Notes: generated from the letters alone by a model not told the origin. DNA of 64,000 bases from a virus (IMGVR_UViG_3300025030_000097:294-64293), one strand, 5' to 3'. Numbered from the stretch's first letter, positions 51,656 through 61,288 are shown. Numbers and translations are program-made.

Positions 51656-53526
51656 TAGTATTCAAAAAGATAATCGCTAAGGACTGCTTTGCTTTTGAAT
51701 ATTTGGAGTTCGATTTTATATCTGGAATTCATAGCATTGTAGGAGTTAATGGAGCAAGTAAGACAAGTCTCCTTCTAGCACTGTCGCAAGGATTATTTAA
51801 CAAGAACCCTAAGAACACAAGGATAGATGATGTATCGAATTACATTACAGGCCAGCCTTATGAAATTAAAATCTTCTTCGATAAAGACGGGGATCAATTT
51901 GAAATCACTAACTCCAGAAAAAGTGGAAGCATCAATGCCAAGGTTAATGGAAAGGACATTTCCCTCAAAACCATTCCACAAAACCTAGAGCTAATTAAGA
52001 GGATTATCGGGGACGAGTATTCGACGTTTATTAATGTAACTTACCAAGCCTCTGATTCAGCACTTGACTTGCTAGAGGAATCCAGTGATGCAGCTAGAAA
52101 GAACTTCATCAATAAGATTCTTAAGTTTGACGAGCTAGATGAGAAGCTGGCTAACTGCAAAGAGAAGCTGAAAAGGCTGAAACTGATCCACAAAGACAAG
52201 CAGGACCAGCTAAGTCAATGGCAAGGTAATTTGCTACCAATGCGGGAAGTAGTTGAGAAGGTCGATACTGCTAAGTTGATTGAAGAAGTAGCTCTTAGAC
52301 TAAAGGCAAGGGACTCAGCAGATTGGTATAGAAACGACAGGTCAATTGCTAAGGTCGAAGAAGCCGCTAAAAGGAAAGCCTACAACGAGTACAAAAATGC
52401 AGTAGCTCAGATAGATATTGTAAGGGCTAAGTTAAGTGCTATTGAGGTGCCTTCTAGGAGTTCTGAGGTCGTTGAAAAAGAGCTAGCAAAATCAAATGAA
52501 GAATTATCTAGAGTCCGGTCTTCTTACAACGAGGCAGAAAATAAGCTAAGTAAACTTCAAGAGCCTGAGCTAACTTGTTCTAGATGTGGTCAATCAGTCG
52601 CCGCAGAGCAAGCCCTTACGATGTATCAGGAAGATGTAGCTAAGTTTACTTTGCAGTTGAATGAAGCAAAGCAGGAAAAGAATAGGCTGTTAAATACCTT
52701 AAACGAACTCTCAGAACAAAAGAGAGTGTGGTCTGCTATATCTGAGTTAAGCAGCAGGGAAGAGATTCTGAAAAGTGCTTTGGTAGTTGTAGAAGAGGCT
52801 GATGAAGCAAGTTACAACAAGGCTTGTGCTGACCATGACTACGCTGTGCAGAACTATCAAGAAGCTGTAGAAGCACATACCAAAGCTACGAACGAGTTAA
52901 ACGCAGCGATCAGACACAATGACACGGCAGCTATGATGGAAAAGCTGAACAATGAAGCGGCTGAGTCTAACAAACAAGCTACAGTACGGATTAATAAACT
53001 CACTGAAGAACTCCAAGAAGTAGAAAAGAGAATGGACCTTCTAGACAACTGGACGAGAATCCTTGGGCCTAATGGTTACAGAGTCCATAGCATGAGCCGG
53101 TTCCTTAAAGTGCTAAATCAGACTATGGATAAATATGCCGATATCATTTCAGGTGGGAGGATTAAATGCACCTTCTATGTTACTGAAGAAGGTAAGGTAG
53201 ACTTTTCTGTAGTGGACCCTGATAAGAAGGTTCCGTTTGCTAATTGGAGCAAGGGAGAGCAAGCCAGGGTAAAACTTGCATGTCTCTTTTCGGTAATTGA
53301 GTTGTTAGAAGTTATGGGTTCTGCAAGTTACAATGTGCTAGTGCTTGATGAAATATTTAGTGCGCTGGACGACGAAGGAAAGGAGGGGTTATTTGAGGTA
53401 CTTTCTTATTTACGATCTAATGGTAAGTGTATCTACACTATCAGTCACACACCTTTGGTCAATCCTGTGGTGTTCGACAGTGCTATTCAAGTGGTGAAGG
53501 AAAGTGGGCTGGCTAGGATAATCTGA
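51652..53526 (+). CDS. SbcC/Rad50-like ATPase
   Basis: GVNGASKTS, coiled coil with CSRC hook, SKGEQ, LDEIF..LD, ISH. Confidence 0.9.
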   Translation: MIVFKKIIAKDCFAFEYLEFDFISGIHSIVGVNGASKTSLLLALSQGLFNKNPKNTRIDDVSNYITGQPYEIKIFFDKDGDQFEITNSRKSGSINAKVNGKDISLKTIPQNLELIKRIIGDEYSTFINVTYQASDSALDLLEESSDAARKNFINKILKFDELDEKLANCKEKLKRLKLIHKDKQDQLSQWQGNLLPMREVVEKVDTAKLIEEVALRLKARDSADWYRNDRSIAKVEEAAKRKAYNEYKNAVAQIDIVRAKLSAIEVPSRSSEVVEKELAKSNEELSRVRSSYNEAENKLSKLQEPELTCSRCGQSVAAEQALTMYQEDVAKFTLQLNEAKQEKNRLLNTLNELSEQKRVWSAISELSSREEILKSALVVVEEADEASYNKACADHDYAVQNYQEAVEAHTKATNELNAAIRHNDTAAMMEKLNNEAAESNKQATVRINKLTEELQEVEKRMDLLDNWTRILGPNGYRVHSMSRFLKVLNQTMDKYADIISGGRIKCTFYVTEEGKVDFSVVDPDKKVPFANWSKGEQARVKLACLFSVIELLEVMGSASYNVLVLDEIFSALDDEGKEGLFEVLSYLRSNGKCIYTISHTPLVNPVVFDSAIQVVKESGLARII

Positions 53527-55031
53527 TGCTAGAAATAAAAGAAGCAGATGTAGACAAAATCATAGAGCTAACCATAGAGATGCAGCAAGCTAAATTTTAT
53601 CCTGCTAAAAGAAAAATTCTCATATCATCTTTAACGTCACTAAAAGAATCTGAGAAATGGTTACTCACTTTTTGTTGTTGGCAGTGCTTGTTCAACGCAA
53701 GGTTCAAAGCTATAGATGCAGATAAACTCTGTCTGTATGAACCAGCAAAAGCCAACAAAACTACCTTTCAAGACTTCCTGAAAATAGTTAAGAAGTTTGA
53801 CAGTAAAAGGGTTTCTCCGTCACGTTTAAAACCACTGCTACAATTCCTAGCGAACTGCGACGAGAAGCACCGAAACTTTTACCTCTCACTCTTCACCAAA
53901 GATTTCGTAAACTATTTTCCGGCCCTTGAAATACAAACCCTATTAGACCTAGACAGCATCAGTGGAGAGAAAGTGTACGGAGAACCTGAATATCTCAAGA
54001 CTAGTTTTTCTGAGCTACGTTACCCCGTATCTCTACGTAGAATATCATCTAAAAAACTGACTCCTTATATCATCGCTAAGGAGCCTCTGTCAACGATGTT
54101 ACTAACAAAAACTGAAGAAGGCTATAAAAGAGTTGTCAAATCGCCTCACATAAAGATTGATATAAAACTCTCAACAACTCCTAGATTCGCTGTTGCTGGT
54201 TTCTATGATTCAGACACGTATTACCCCACGGACTATTTTAGTTATTGGGAAAGTTGCGCTGTGTATCTTAAAGGGATTGACCTTGACCAACACCTTTATA
54301 GCAGCAGGATAAGTGAACTAAATAACTTCGTAGATAGGAGCATGTTGGTACACACAGATTCTTCTAAGTCATATTTTGCAACATCTGAACAGGAAGTCAT
54401 AGACGCAATCGCAGACTTGGCTAAAGGATCAATGATTTCAGATATCTTAGTTTTGGATTCTGAAAGCACCCGTACAGGAGAAGCCTACCGAATTACTTGC
54501 AGAACTGCTTCAGGTATTATTGAAAGTGTGTCTGAGAATTACATTTCTGTATGGGCTAATGGGGAGCTGGTAAATTGCTACTACAAATTTGAAGGTAAAG
54601 AACAAGCTCTGCTGACTGCTCCTGAATTACTTAAAGACCGCGTTATGGAATTCTACTACGTCAAAATAGGTAATACCGAATACTCCATCGGGAAGGGGGT
54701 GTGCTGGCATCGTGAAAGGTGGAGGGAGATGCGGCTGAGAGGGACTAACGTATGGATTGACAAATGTGCGTTGTGTGGTTCTACTCAACATAAACACGCT
54801 AACAGAGGCGTCTGCATTTCCTGCGAAGCCAACCTTCATTACTACTATGATACTTATGGAGTAGGTACTTGGATACAACCTAGTCAGCAGATGATTAAGA
54901 AACGGTACGAGTCAGTTTGGAAGCCCAATGCTTTAAATTTGGTTAAGTACAGATATAAAGGGACAACCCTAGAAGCTAACGAAGCGGGTGAGTGGAGATT
55001 TGCCCAAGGAGATTTGAATGAGCAAGACTAA
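53526..55031 (+). CDS. Inactive ATP-dependent DNA ligase paralogue with C-terminal Zn finger (inferred)
   Basis: N-terminus aligns by eye with ligase 24550; no KxDG; CALC...CISC. Confidence 0.55.
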   Translation: MLEIKEADVDKIIELTIEMQQAKFYPAKRKILISSLTSLKESEKWLLTFCCWQCLFNARFKAIDADKLCLYEPAKANKTTFQDFLKIVKKFDSKRVSPSRLKPLLQFLANCDEKHRNFYLSLFTKDFVNYFPALEIQTLLDLDSISGEKVYGEPEYLKTSFSELRYPVSLRRISSKKLTPYIIAKEPLSTMLLTKTEEGYKRVVKSPHIKIDIKLSTTPRFAVAGFYDSDTYYPTDYFSYWESCAVYLKGIDLDQHLYSSRISELNNFVDRSMLVHTDSSKSYFATSEQEVIDAIADLAKGSMISDILVLDSESTRTGEAYRITCRTASGIIESVSENYISVWANGELVNCYYKFEGKEQALLTAPELLKDRVMEFYYVKIGNTEYSIGKGVCWHRERWREMRLRGTNVWIDKCALCGSTQHKHANRGVCISCEANLHYYYDTYGVGTWIQPSQQMIKKRYESVWKPNALNLVKYRYKGTTLEANEAGEWRFAQGDLNEQD

Positions 55032-55374
55032 AGAAGCCAAAGAAGGACTTTATAACATGTCCCAAGAAGACCTCATAGAACTACATAGAAGTACAACTGC
55101 TAAATGTCTGGAAGTTATGATGAAGAAGAACAATGATTATACTTCTGGTGGCAGTGTATTTGCTAATTTTAACGGCTCAACTATCTTAGGAGTTCACCCC
55201 GTCATCGCAATCTTGATTAGGTCTATGGATAAGTTTAAAAGAATTCAAACCTTCGTAACTACCGGAGGGTTGGCTGTAGAAGGTGAAGGAGTTTTGGACG
55301 CTATAGATGACGTGGTAAATTACATGATACTTGCTAAAGGGATTATCATTGAGCAGCAACGTCGAGGTAAGTAA
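55018..55374 (+). CDS. DUF1599/Nmad1-like nucleotide-modification-associated protein
   Basis: KKN.DY....NF......R..DK..R......D...D..NY. Confidence 0.7.
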   Translation: MSKTKEAKEGLYNMSQEDLIELHRSTTAKCLEVMMKKNNDYTSGGSVFANFNGSTILGVHPVIAILIRSMDKFKRIQTFVTTGGLAVEGEGVLDAIDDVVNYMILAKGIIIEQQRRGK

Positions 55375-55550
55375 TGACTAAAAATGACTGTAGTGTTATC
55401 TCGTACGTAGATGAAGAATGTTCCTGTGTAAGGACTTTTAAGTATTGGTACCTAGGAGCGGCGCAGCAGAAAGTAGATGCTCTAAAGAAACTTGGCTATA
55501 AGTATGTATGGTGTGTTAAAGGCAACCGTCAGGTATAAAAAGGAAAGCTA

Positions 55551-56084
55551 ATGATTATAGGTATAGATCAATCCAAGCGAAGCACTGCCGTTGTCTGTAT
55601 GGATTTAGCTGGTAGGTTGGTTGACTTCCTTTTGATAAACCCTTCCAAAGAACTTGACGGGGAAATTTTAATAGCTTATCAATGGGACCTTATAGATAGT
55701 TTTGTGAGTAATTATCGAAAGGATTTGAAAGGTATAGCTCTGGAAGGGCTCAGCTTTAATTCTGTAGGCTCTGGGAAAGACTTGCTTGCAGGGATATTTT
55801 GGGCAGTCCGGTTAAACCTGTATAAGAAGTTTCCTGAAATACCAGTCGGAGTTATTCCTTCTGCAAGTTGGCGTAGCGCATTTATTGATAAAGAGAAGCG
55901 GAAGAAGATTAAAGAGTTGGGTATAAAAGATGGTCTTAAAAGGGCTACTGTAGACGAACTTCCTTTTGAGGTGCGTGTTAGGTTTGAGAACTACGTTAGG
56001 GAGCAGGGGATTAAGAAAGAGGCTCTTTGGGATTTGGCAGATGCATTTGGGATAGCGAAATATAGATTGAGTTTGGAGAGCTAA
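55551..56084 (+). CDS. RuvC-like Holliday junction resolvase
   Basis: IGIDQS, LEG, W, K, DLADA. Confidence 0.8.
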   Translation: MIIGIDQSKRSTAVVCMDLAGRLVDFLLINPSKELDGEILIAYQWDLIDSFVSNYRKDLKGIALEGLSFNSVGSGKDLLAGIFWAVRLNLYKKFPEIPVGVIPSASWRSAFIDKEKRKKIKELGIKDGLKRATVDELPFEVRVRFENYVREQGIKKEALWDLADAFGIAKYRLSLES

Positions 56085-56100
56085 ATAAATAGGAGTTACG

Positions 56101-56694
56101 ATGAATAGACTAGAAGTATTTGAAAGGGAATTTAATATGATTGGGGATAGTGCGCTGCGTAATTTTGCGGAGCATGTTCTTGAGCAAGTCGAGCCTTACT
56201 TCTTTTTCGTGCCAAGTTCCTCGACAAAGAAATATCATAGTAAGCAGAGTAATGTAGTAGGGTCTGAGGAGTGTACTGGCGGGTTAGTGAACCATACAAA
56301 AAGTACCGTTTATTTTGCTGACAGACTTTGCAGAGGTTATGATATCACTGGAAAGGATAGAGACATTATCATTATTGCCTGTGTTTACCACGACTGTCTA
56401 AAATTCTCGAAGCCGATGCAGAGGTGGACTACCAAGGATCATGATAAAGAAGGTGCTGATTTTGTTTACCGCGTGTACAAGCAAGGTAACTTTCCAGACG
56501 TTGATAAAGAAGATGTGGTAAAGATTTGTAAGGCAATTTCGTGGCACTTTGGTAGGTTCACTACAGAAGACCGTAGAAAGAAATTTCCAGAAGAATACAC
56601 CACCTCGGAGTTGATCGTACACTTAGCAGACCTAGTAAGTGCAAGCAAGGAAGTAAACCTAGAGTTCCTTGAGCAGTCCTCTCTAATAGGTTAG
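56101..56694 (+). CDS. HD-domain phosphohydrolase
   Basis: PSS..KYH, GGLV.HT, HD..K, H, H.G, VHLAD. Confidence 0.85.
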   Translation: MNRLEVFEREFNMIGDSALRNFAEHVLEQVEPYFFFVPSSSTKKYHSKQSNVVGSEECTGGLVNHTKSTVYFADRLCRGYDITGKDRDIIIIACVYHDCLKFSKPMQRWTTKDHDKEGADFVYRVYKQGNFPDVDKEDVVKICKAISWHFGRFTTEDRRKKFPEEYTTSELIVHLADLVSASKEVNLEFLEQSSLIG

Positions 56695-56899
56695 CTCAAA
56701 AAATTCTCCAGCAAGGAGGCAAACAAAATGGTTAATAAAAACGATAACACAATTAACAATCAAAACAACAAACTAAAAGACCTTTACCAGCAAGCTAAGG
56801 AGGTTGAGGAGCGGTTGACTTCTCTGTCTAAAAATCAAAAGTACCTTCTCAAGAAGCATGAAAGGCTGTGTAAAGAAATCATAAGGGAGGAAAAGAAAC

Positions 56900-57346
56900 G
56901 TGGGTAATATTAATGTTAAGATCAAACAAATGAAAGATGGTAGGCACCCCCTCCCTAAGTATGCACATAAAGGTGACGCAGGAGTTGACTTCTATGCTTA
57001 CCTTGACGAACCCCTCAGACTGTTTGCAGGGGATCGAGCACTCATCCCTTTGGGTGTCGCTGTAGCTGTCCCAGAAGGTTATGAACTTCAGTTGCGTCCT
57101 AGGTCTGGCTTGGCGCTTAAGAAGGGGCTTTCTCTAGTTAACTGCGTAGGCACTGTAGATTGCGGCTTTAAAAATGAAGTAGGCGCTATTATTATCAATC
57201 ACGGCTCTGAGATGGTAGTCATCAACGATGGAGAACGGATCTGTCAAGGAGTTTTTAATGAATATTCAGAAGCAACATTTGAAGAAGTCGATGAACTGGA
57301 TGACACCGAAAGAGGCACTAACGGGTTTGGAAGCACAGGGGTCTAA
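56900..57346 (+). CDS. dut: Trimeric dUTPase
   Basis: AGVD, RPRSGLA, GTVD, GERICQ, RG..GFGSTG. Confidence 0.93.
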   Translation: MGNINVKIKQMKDGRHPLPKYAHKGDAGVDFYAYLDEPLRLFAGDRALIPLGVAVAVPEGYELQLRPRSGLALKKGLSLVNCVGTVDCGFKNEVGAIIINHGSEMVVINDGERICQGVFNEYSEATFEEVDELDDTERGTNGFGSTGV

Positions 57347-57347
57347 T

Positions 57348-58094
57348 ATTTATACTCCTAAACTTATTGGCAGGAAAACCTCTTGGACAACTAAACAAAC
57401 TACCGAAACAAATAACTGCAATCACCGACCAGAGACTACGGGAGATTTGCTTCAGGACATTTACAGAGAACACCTTCAACATAGGCAAATCATAATCAAC
57501 GAAGTAATTACCGACCAGTCAGTTAGCACGGTAGCCCTTCAGATTATGAAATTCAATGAAGAAGACGATGAAAGAACTATGTGTGAGGTAGGCTATGATA
57601 GAATGTCTAACCCTATAACTTTGAAAATCTCTTCTGATGGTGGGCATGTAGATGCAGGCTTGGCTATCATCTCTCAGATAGTTTCAAGTAATACTCCGGT
57701 AATTGGCGTGGCGGTTGGTGATTGCTCCTCTATGAGTGCTTTGATTCTTGTAAGTTGCCATGCCAGATTTTGCAGTAAATATGCTAGGATCATGCTGCAT
57801 AGCATGTTTGGGGGCAATGCAGATAAATTTAGAGGATTGACTGAATACGCTGAAGACGTAACTAAACTTCAAGCGGTTCTGGATTCTATCGTCACAGATC
57901 GCACGTTGATTGCCCAAAAAGAGCTGGATGAAATGCACGACAGAAAACGTGACTGGTTCTTGAACAGCAGTGAGGCAGTCGAGTTGGGGGTAGTTGATGA
58001 AGTAATTGGGGTAGGAATCCAGATGAGTCCTATGAAAGCACGGAAGAAAACTGTGAAGGCTGCTGGTAAAGGGAAGGGTAAGGTTGTGGGTTAA
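57348..58094 (+). CDS. ClpP-like protease (start uncertain; ATT 57348 proposed)
   Basis: ISSDGG.V, CSSM, IMLH, RDWFL..EA...G.VD. Confidence 0.8.
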   Translation: MYTPKLIGRKTSWTTKQTTETNNCNHRPETTGDLLQDIYREHLQHRQIIINEVITDQSVSTVALQIMKFNEEDDERTMCEVGYDRMSNPITLKISSDGGHVDAGLAIISQIVSSNTPVIGVAVGDCSSMSALILVSCHARFCSKYARIMLHSMFGGNADKFRGLTEYAEDVTKLQAVLDSIVTDRTLIAQKELDEMHDRKRDWFLNSSEAVELGVVDEVIGVGIQMSPMKARKKTVKAAGKGKGKVVG

Positions 58095-58128
58095 TTTGTT
58101 TTGGGGAAGGATTTAGAGGGCACTAGCG

Positions 58129-58160
58129 GTAATAAAAAGATAGTGTTTTAGGTATATAAT
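58129..58160 (+). promoter_or_regulatory. GTRATAA-N16-GTATATAAT putative promoter
   Basis: GTAATAAAAAGATAGTGTTTTAGGTATATAAT. Confidence 0.7.
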
Positions 58161-58229
58161 TAAGTGTCACTAAAAGGGGTGGGTCAAACTGCCCCTTTAA
58201 TTTTAACTTTAGCAAAGGGAGTTTTAAAA

Positions 58230-60149
58230 ATGTATATCCACACTAGTTACGACAGAGAGTTTGTAGACCTGATGATGTACCTAAAAACTAAGTACGGACA
58301 GAAGTTGTTTGATTTGGAAGGTATTGGCAAACAACTTGATATGTGCAAATTCTCTAAGGATTTTTTCTCAGCTACTACTACGGCAGATGCCAGTGTAGAC
58401 GCAAATGCCAACGTCACAGACACTTCCAATATTGCTTACGGTATTGAACTTCCAAAACCATTTTTCAAGCTCAATAGTTATTTTATGTTGTGGAAACACA
58501 TGCGCAAGCTATATGGTATGGAAGTTGCTAACTCTACTGTAGAACGTCAGCTTACGGGGGACGTATACATCAATGATTTTCATGGAATCGCTGCTGGAAG
58601 TCCCTACTGTTTCAACTACAGTACTTATGATATCATGCTTCTCGGATTGCCTATGGTAGATAAGATTAAATCAGTAGCCCCTAAATACCTGTACAGCTTT
58701 AAGAGTCAGCTTGAGCAGTTTGTTGTAATTGCTTCTAACTCTACTTTAGGTGCTGCTGGACTGGCAGATCTTCTGATTGTAATGAGCTACTATGTCAAAA
58801 ACATTCTGGACACTAAATCAGATGCTGGATTTTCTTTCAAGGATGAGGCGGCTTGTTGGAACTATGTTAAAGAAACTTTGGTGAGTTTCATATACACTAT
58901 TAATCAGCCAATGAGAGGCAATCAGTCACCATTCACTAACGTATCTATTTATGATTCAGAATTTTTGAACTCACTCTGCCCACAGTACGTATTCCCTGAC
59001 GGCAGCACTCCAGATATATACTTAGTTCAGCGGATTCAGGAACTCTTCTTGGATGTTATGAATACAGAAATGAGGCGCACTCCTGTGACTTTCCCAATTA
59101 CCACAGCTTGCTTCTCTGTAAACGACGATAAGAAAATTACGGACGAAGCATTCATTGAGTTCATCGCTGAAAAGAACACAGAGTTTGGCTTTATCAATAT
59201 GTACATAGGTAAGAGTTCGACACTCTCAAGTTGCTGTCGCCTCCGAAGTGATACAGATAATGAGTACTTCAATAGTTTTGGTTCTGGTAGCTCTAAAATT
59301 GGTTCATTGGGTGTGACTACAATTAACCTCCCAAGGCTTGCTTTTAAGACTGTGGAGTTTTCCAAAGAGCCAACAGAGCAGGGAGCCTATTTCTGGAGTG
59401 AGCTTAAAGAGTTGGTAGGGGTTGCTGCGAGAGTTAACCACACTAAACGAAATATAGTAAAGAGCAGGATAGACAGTAATAACCTGCCACTGTACTCCTT
59501 GGGGTTCATGGAGCTGTCTAAGCAATATTCTACGTTAGGAGTGAATGGACTTAACGAGTGTCTAGAAATTTTAGGGCTTAACATTTTGGCAAGTGACGGA
59601 CAAGAATTTGTTGTTCGAATACTTGAGGCTATAAACTCTGAAAATGATAAATTCCAAAAGGCTTACAAAACTCCCCATAACTGCGAGCAAATTCCAGGAG
59701 AAAATGTCTCTATTAAACTTGCAGATAAAGATAGATTTATGGGGTATAACGACAGGTACGAACTTTACAGCAATCAGTTTATACCCCTCACAACTAAAGC
59801 TGACCTGCTAGACCGTATTCATCTTCAAGGGTTGTTTGACAGTCATTTTTCGGGTGGCGCTATTTGCCACTTGAACATTGAAGAGAAGGTGGAGGACACT
59901 GAGAAAGTAGTAGAACTTATCAAGATGTGTGCAGAGAAGGGTGTTATTTATTTTGCCTTAAACTACAATCTGCAACGTTGTTCTGAAGGTCACATGTCTG
60001 TAGGTAAGAAGGAAACTTGTGGAGTATGCGGCGGGGAAGTGACAGACAATTATACAAGGGTTGTTGGATTCCTGACCAATGTAAAGAACTGGCATAAAGT
60101 AAGGCGCGAGCAAGATTACCCTGAAAGACAGTTTTATAAGGAGGCTTAG
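58230..60149 (+). CDS. nrdD: Anaerobic (class III) ribonucleotide reductase
   Basis: PYC, QSPFTN, TFP, SCCRL, INLPR, GG.I.H, C..H...C..C, RVVGFL glycyl-radical loop. Confidence 0.92.
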   Translation: MYIHTSYDREFVDLMMYLKTKYGQKLFDLEGIGKQLDMCKFSKDFFSATTTADASVDANANVTDTSNIAYGIELPKPFFKLNSYFMLWKHMRKLYGMEVANSTVERQLTGDVYINDFHGIAAGSPYCFNYSTYDIMLLGLPMVDKIKSVAPKYLYSFKSQLEQFVVIASNSTLGAAGLADLLIVMSYYVKNILDTKSDAGFSFKDEAACWNYVKETLVSFIYTINQPMRGNQSPFTNVSIYDSEFLNSLCPQYVFPDGSTPDIYLVQRIQELFLDVMNTEMRRTPVTFPITTACFSVNDDKKITDEAFIEFIAEKNTEFGFINMYIGKSSTLSSCCRLRSDTDNEYFNSFGSGSSKIGSLGVTTINLPRLAFKTVEFSKEPTEQGAYFWSELKELVGVAARVNHTKRNIVKSRIDSNNLPLYSLGFMELSKQYSTLGVNGLNECLEILGLNILASDGQEFVVRILEAINSENDKFQKAYKTPHNCEQIPGENVSIKLADKDRFMGYNDRYELYSNQFIPLTTKADLLDRIHLQGLFDSHFSGGAICHLNIEEKVEDTEKVVELIKMCAEKGVIYFALNYNLQRCSEGHMSVGKKETCGVCGGEVTDNYTRVVGFLTNVKNWHKVRREQDYPERQFYKEA

Positions 60150-60156
60150 AGTATAA

Positions 60157-60615
60157 GTGATATTTTTAACCACACAGTATACTCTCTCTAAAGGTGCATT
60201 AGAAATTTACTTTTCAGGTTGTAAAGGACCGCATTGTAAGGGTTGCCATAACCCCGAAACTCAGTCTTTTAGTTTAGGTACAGAAGTAGGTGCTAAAGAA
60301 CTATCTAGCATTATTAAGGCTAAGGTGCAGTCTTTTGGTGCTCTTATAGAAAGTATAATGATCTTAGGGGGCGAGCCTCTAGACCAACCGCACGAAGAAC
60401 TAGAAGAGTTTGTTCAGGCACTGTCAGGTCTTAACCTACCTATCTGGCTGTTCACTAGATATGAACTTTCAGAAGTACCTTTTAGTTTACGTATCAAGTT
60501 TAGTTATATTAAAACAGGAAGATACCTAGAAGAATTTAAAGGCGAAGGCACCCAGTATGGCATTACATTAGCAACTAGCAACCAGAAAATTTACAAAAGA
60601 GGTCTAGACTATTAA
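60157..60615 (+). CDS. nrdG: Class III RNR activase
   Basis: SGC...HC.GCHNP, GGEPL, KTGRY, SNQ. Confidence 0.9.
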   Translation: MIFLTTQYTLSKGALEIYFSGCKGPHCKGCHNPETQSFSLGTEVGAKELSSIIKAKVQSFGALIESIMILGGEPLDQPHEELEEFVQALSGLNLPIWLFTRYELSEVPFSLRIKFSYIKTGRYLEEFKGEGTQYGITLATSNQKIYKRGLDY

Positions 60616-60620
60616 CCAAC

Positions 60621-60654
60621 AAAAGCCCCTACAAATTATCTTGTAGGGGCTTTT
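60621..60654. terminator. Bidirectional intrinsic terminator at the strand switch
   Basis: AAAAGCCCCTACAA-N6-TTGTAGGGGCTTTT. Confidence 0.9.
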
Positions 60655-60680
60655 CTCATTCATTCTAAAAATCATCTAAA

Positions 60681-60694
60681 TAGGTAATTACCTA
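60681..60694. repeat. Palindrome copy 12 (TAGGTAATTACCTA), overlapping the lipase stop
   Basis: Read directly from the sequence. Confidence 0.95.
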
Positions 60695-61288
60695 AATCAT
60701 CGTAAGGCCACTAAAATTCTTAACCACAAACTTGTTATAGTAGCTAATAGAATGATCCTTAACATCGAATAGCTCCTCTTCACTATCTGCATCGGAAATA
60801 CCTAATCCCACACACTTATGTTCATAAAACAGCTTAGGAATAGAAGCCACCGGATCATCACTCATGTAAATTCTAACGTGATCTACAGAGGACTCGAAAG
60901 ACCAGTATTTAAAGTACACTCTAGGCGCCCCGAAGGTAACGCAACCAACTCCTAGCTTTTCAGCGAACAAAGTAGCAACAGCGCCGCCTAAAGAATGACC
61001 AGTAAAGATTACCTTCCGGTTGTCTCCCAGCTCCTTTAGAATCTTAGGGCTAAGTTTATTAAAAGCTCTGACGAAGCCCCACGTGCTAAAGAAACTTCCA
61101 AACTTCCAAGGGATAACGTTAATGTCCCTAGCAGCATTTCTAACATTTGAGGTTCCTCTTATAGATACTAAAGTTAAGTCTGCTAAATGTGTAATGGAAT
61201 AACCCAAGTCTTTGACCTCAGTACAATTGTCATAGACCTCTTCAGATAGTTTGCCACACAGTTTTATCAGTTCGTTTGTAATTGGCAT
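60692..61288 (-). CDS. Class 3 lipase-like alpha/beta hydrolase
   Basis: IRGT, TGHSLGGA.A, TFGAPRV, DPV..IP, H...Y. Confidence 0.88.
   Translation of the reverse strand: MPITNELIKLCGKLSEEVYDNCTEVKDLGYSITHLADLTLVSIRGTSNVRNAARDINVIPWKFGSFFSTWGFVRAFNKLSPKILKELGDNRKVIFTGHSLGGAVATLFAEKLGVGCVTFGAPRVYFKYWSFESSVDHVRIYMSDDPVASIPKLFYEHKCVGLGISDADSEEELFDVKDHSISYYNKFVVKNFSGLTMI

Noticed and set aside
765-60694. Palindrome repeats as a CRISPR array or integron attC sites
   Set aside because: Spacing is kilobases and irregular, the repeat is only 10-26 bp, and no cas or integrase gene or attC-type structure is present
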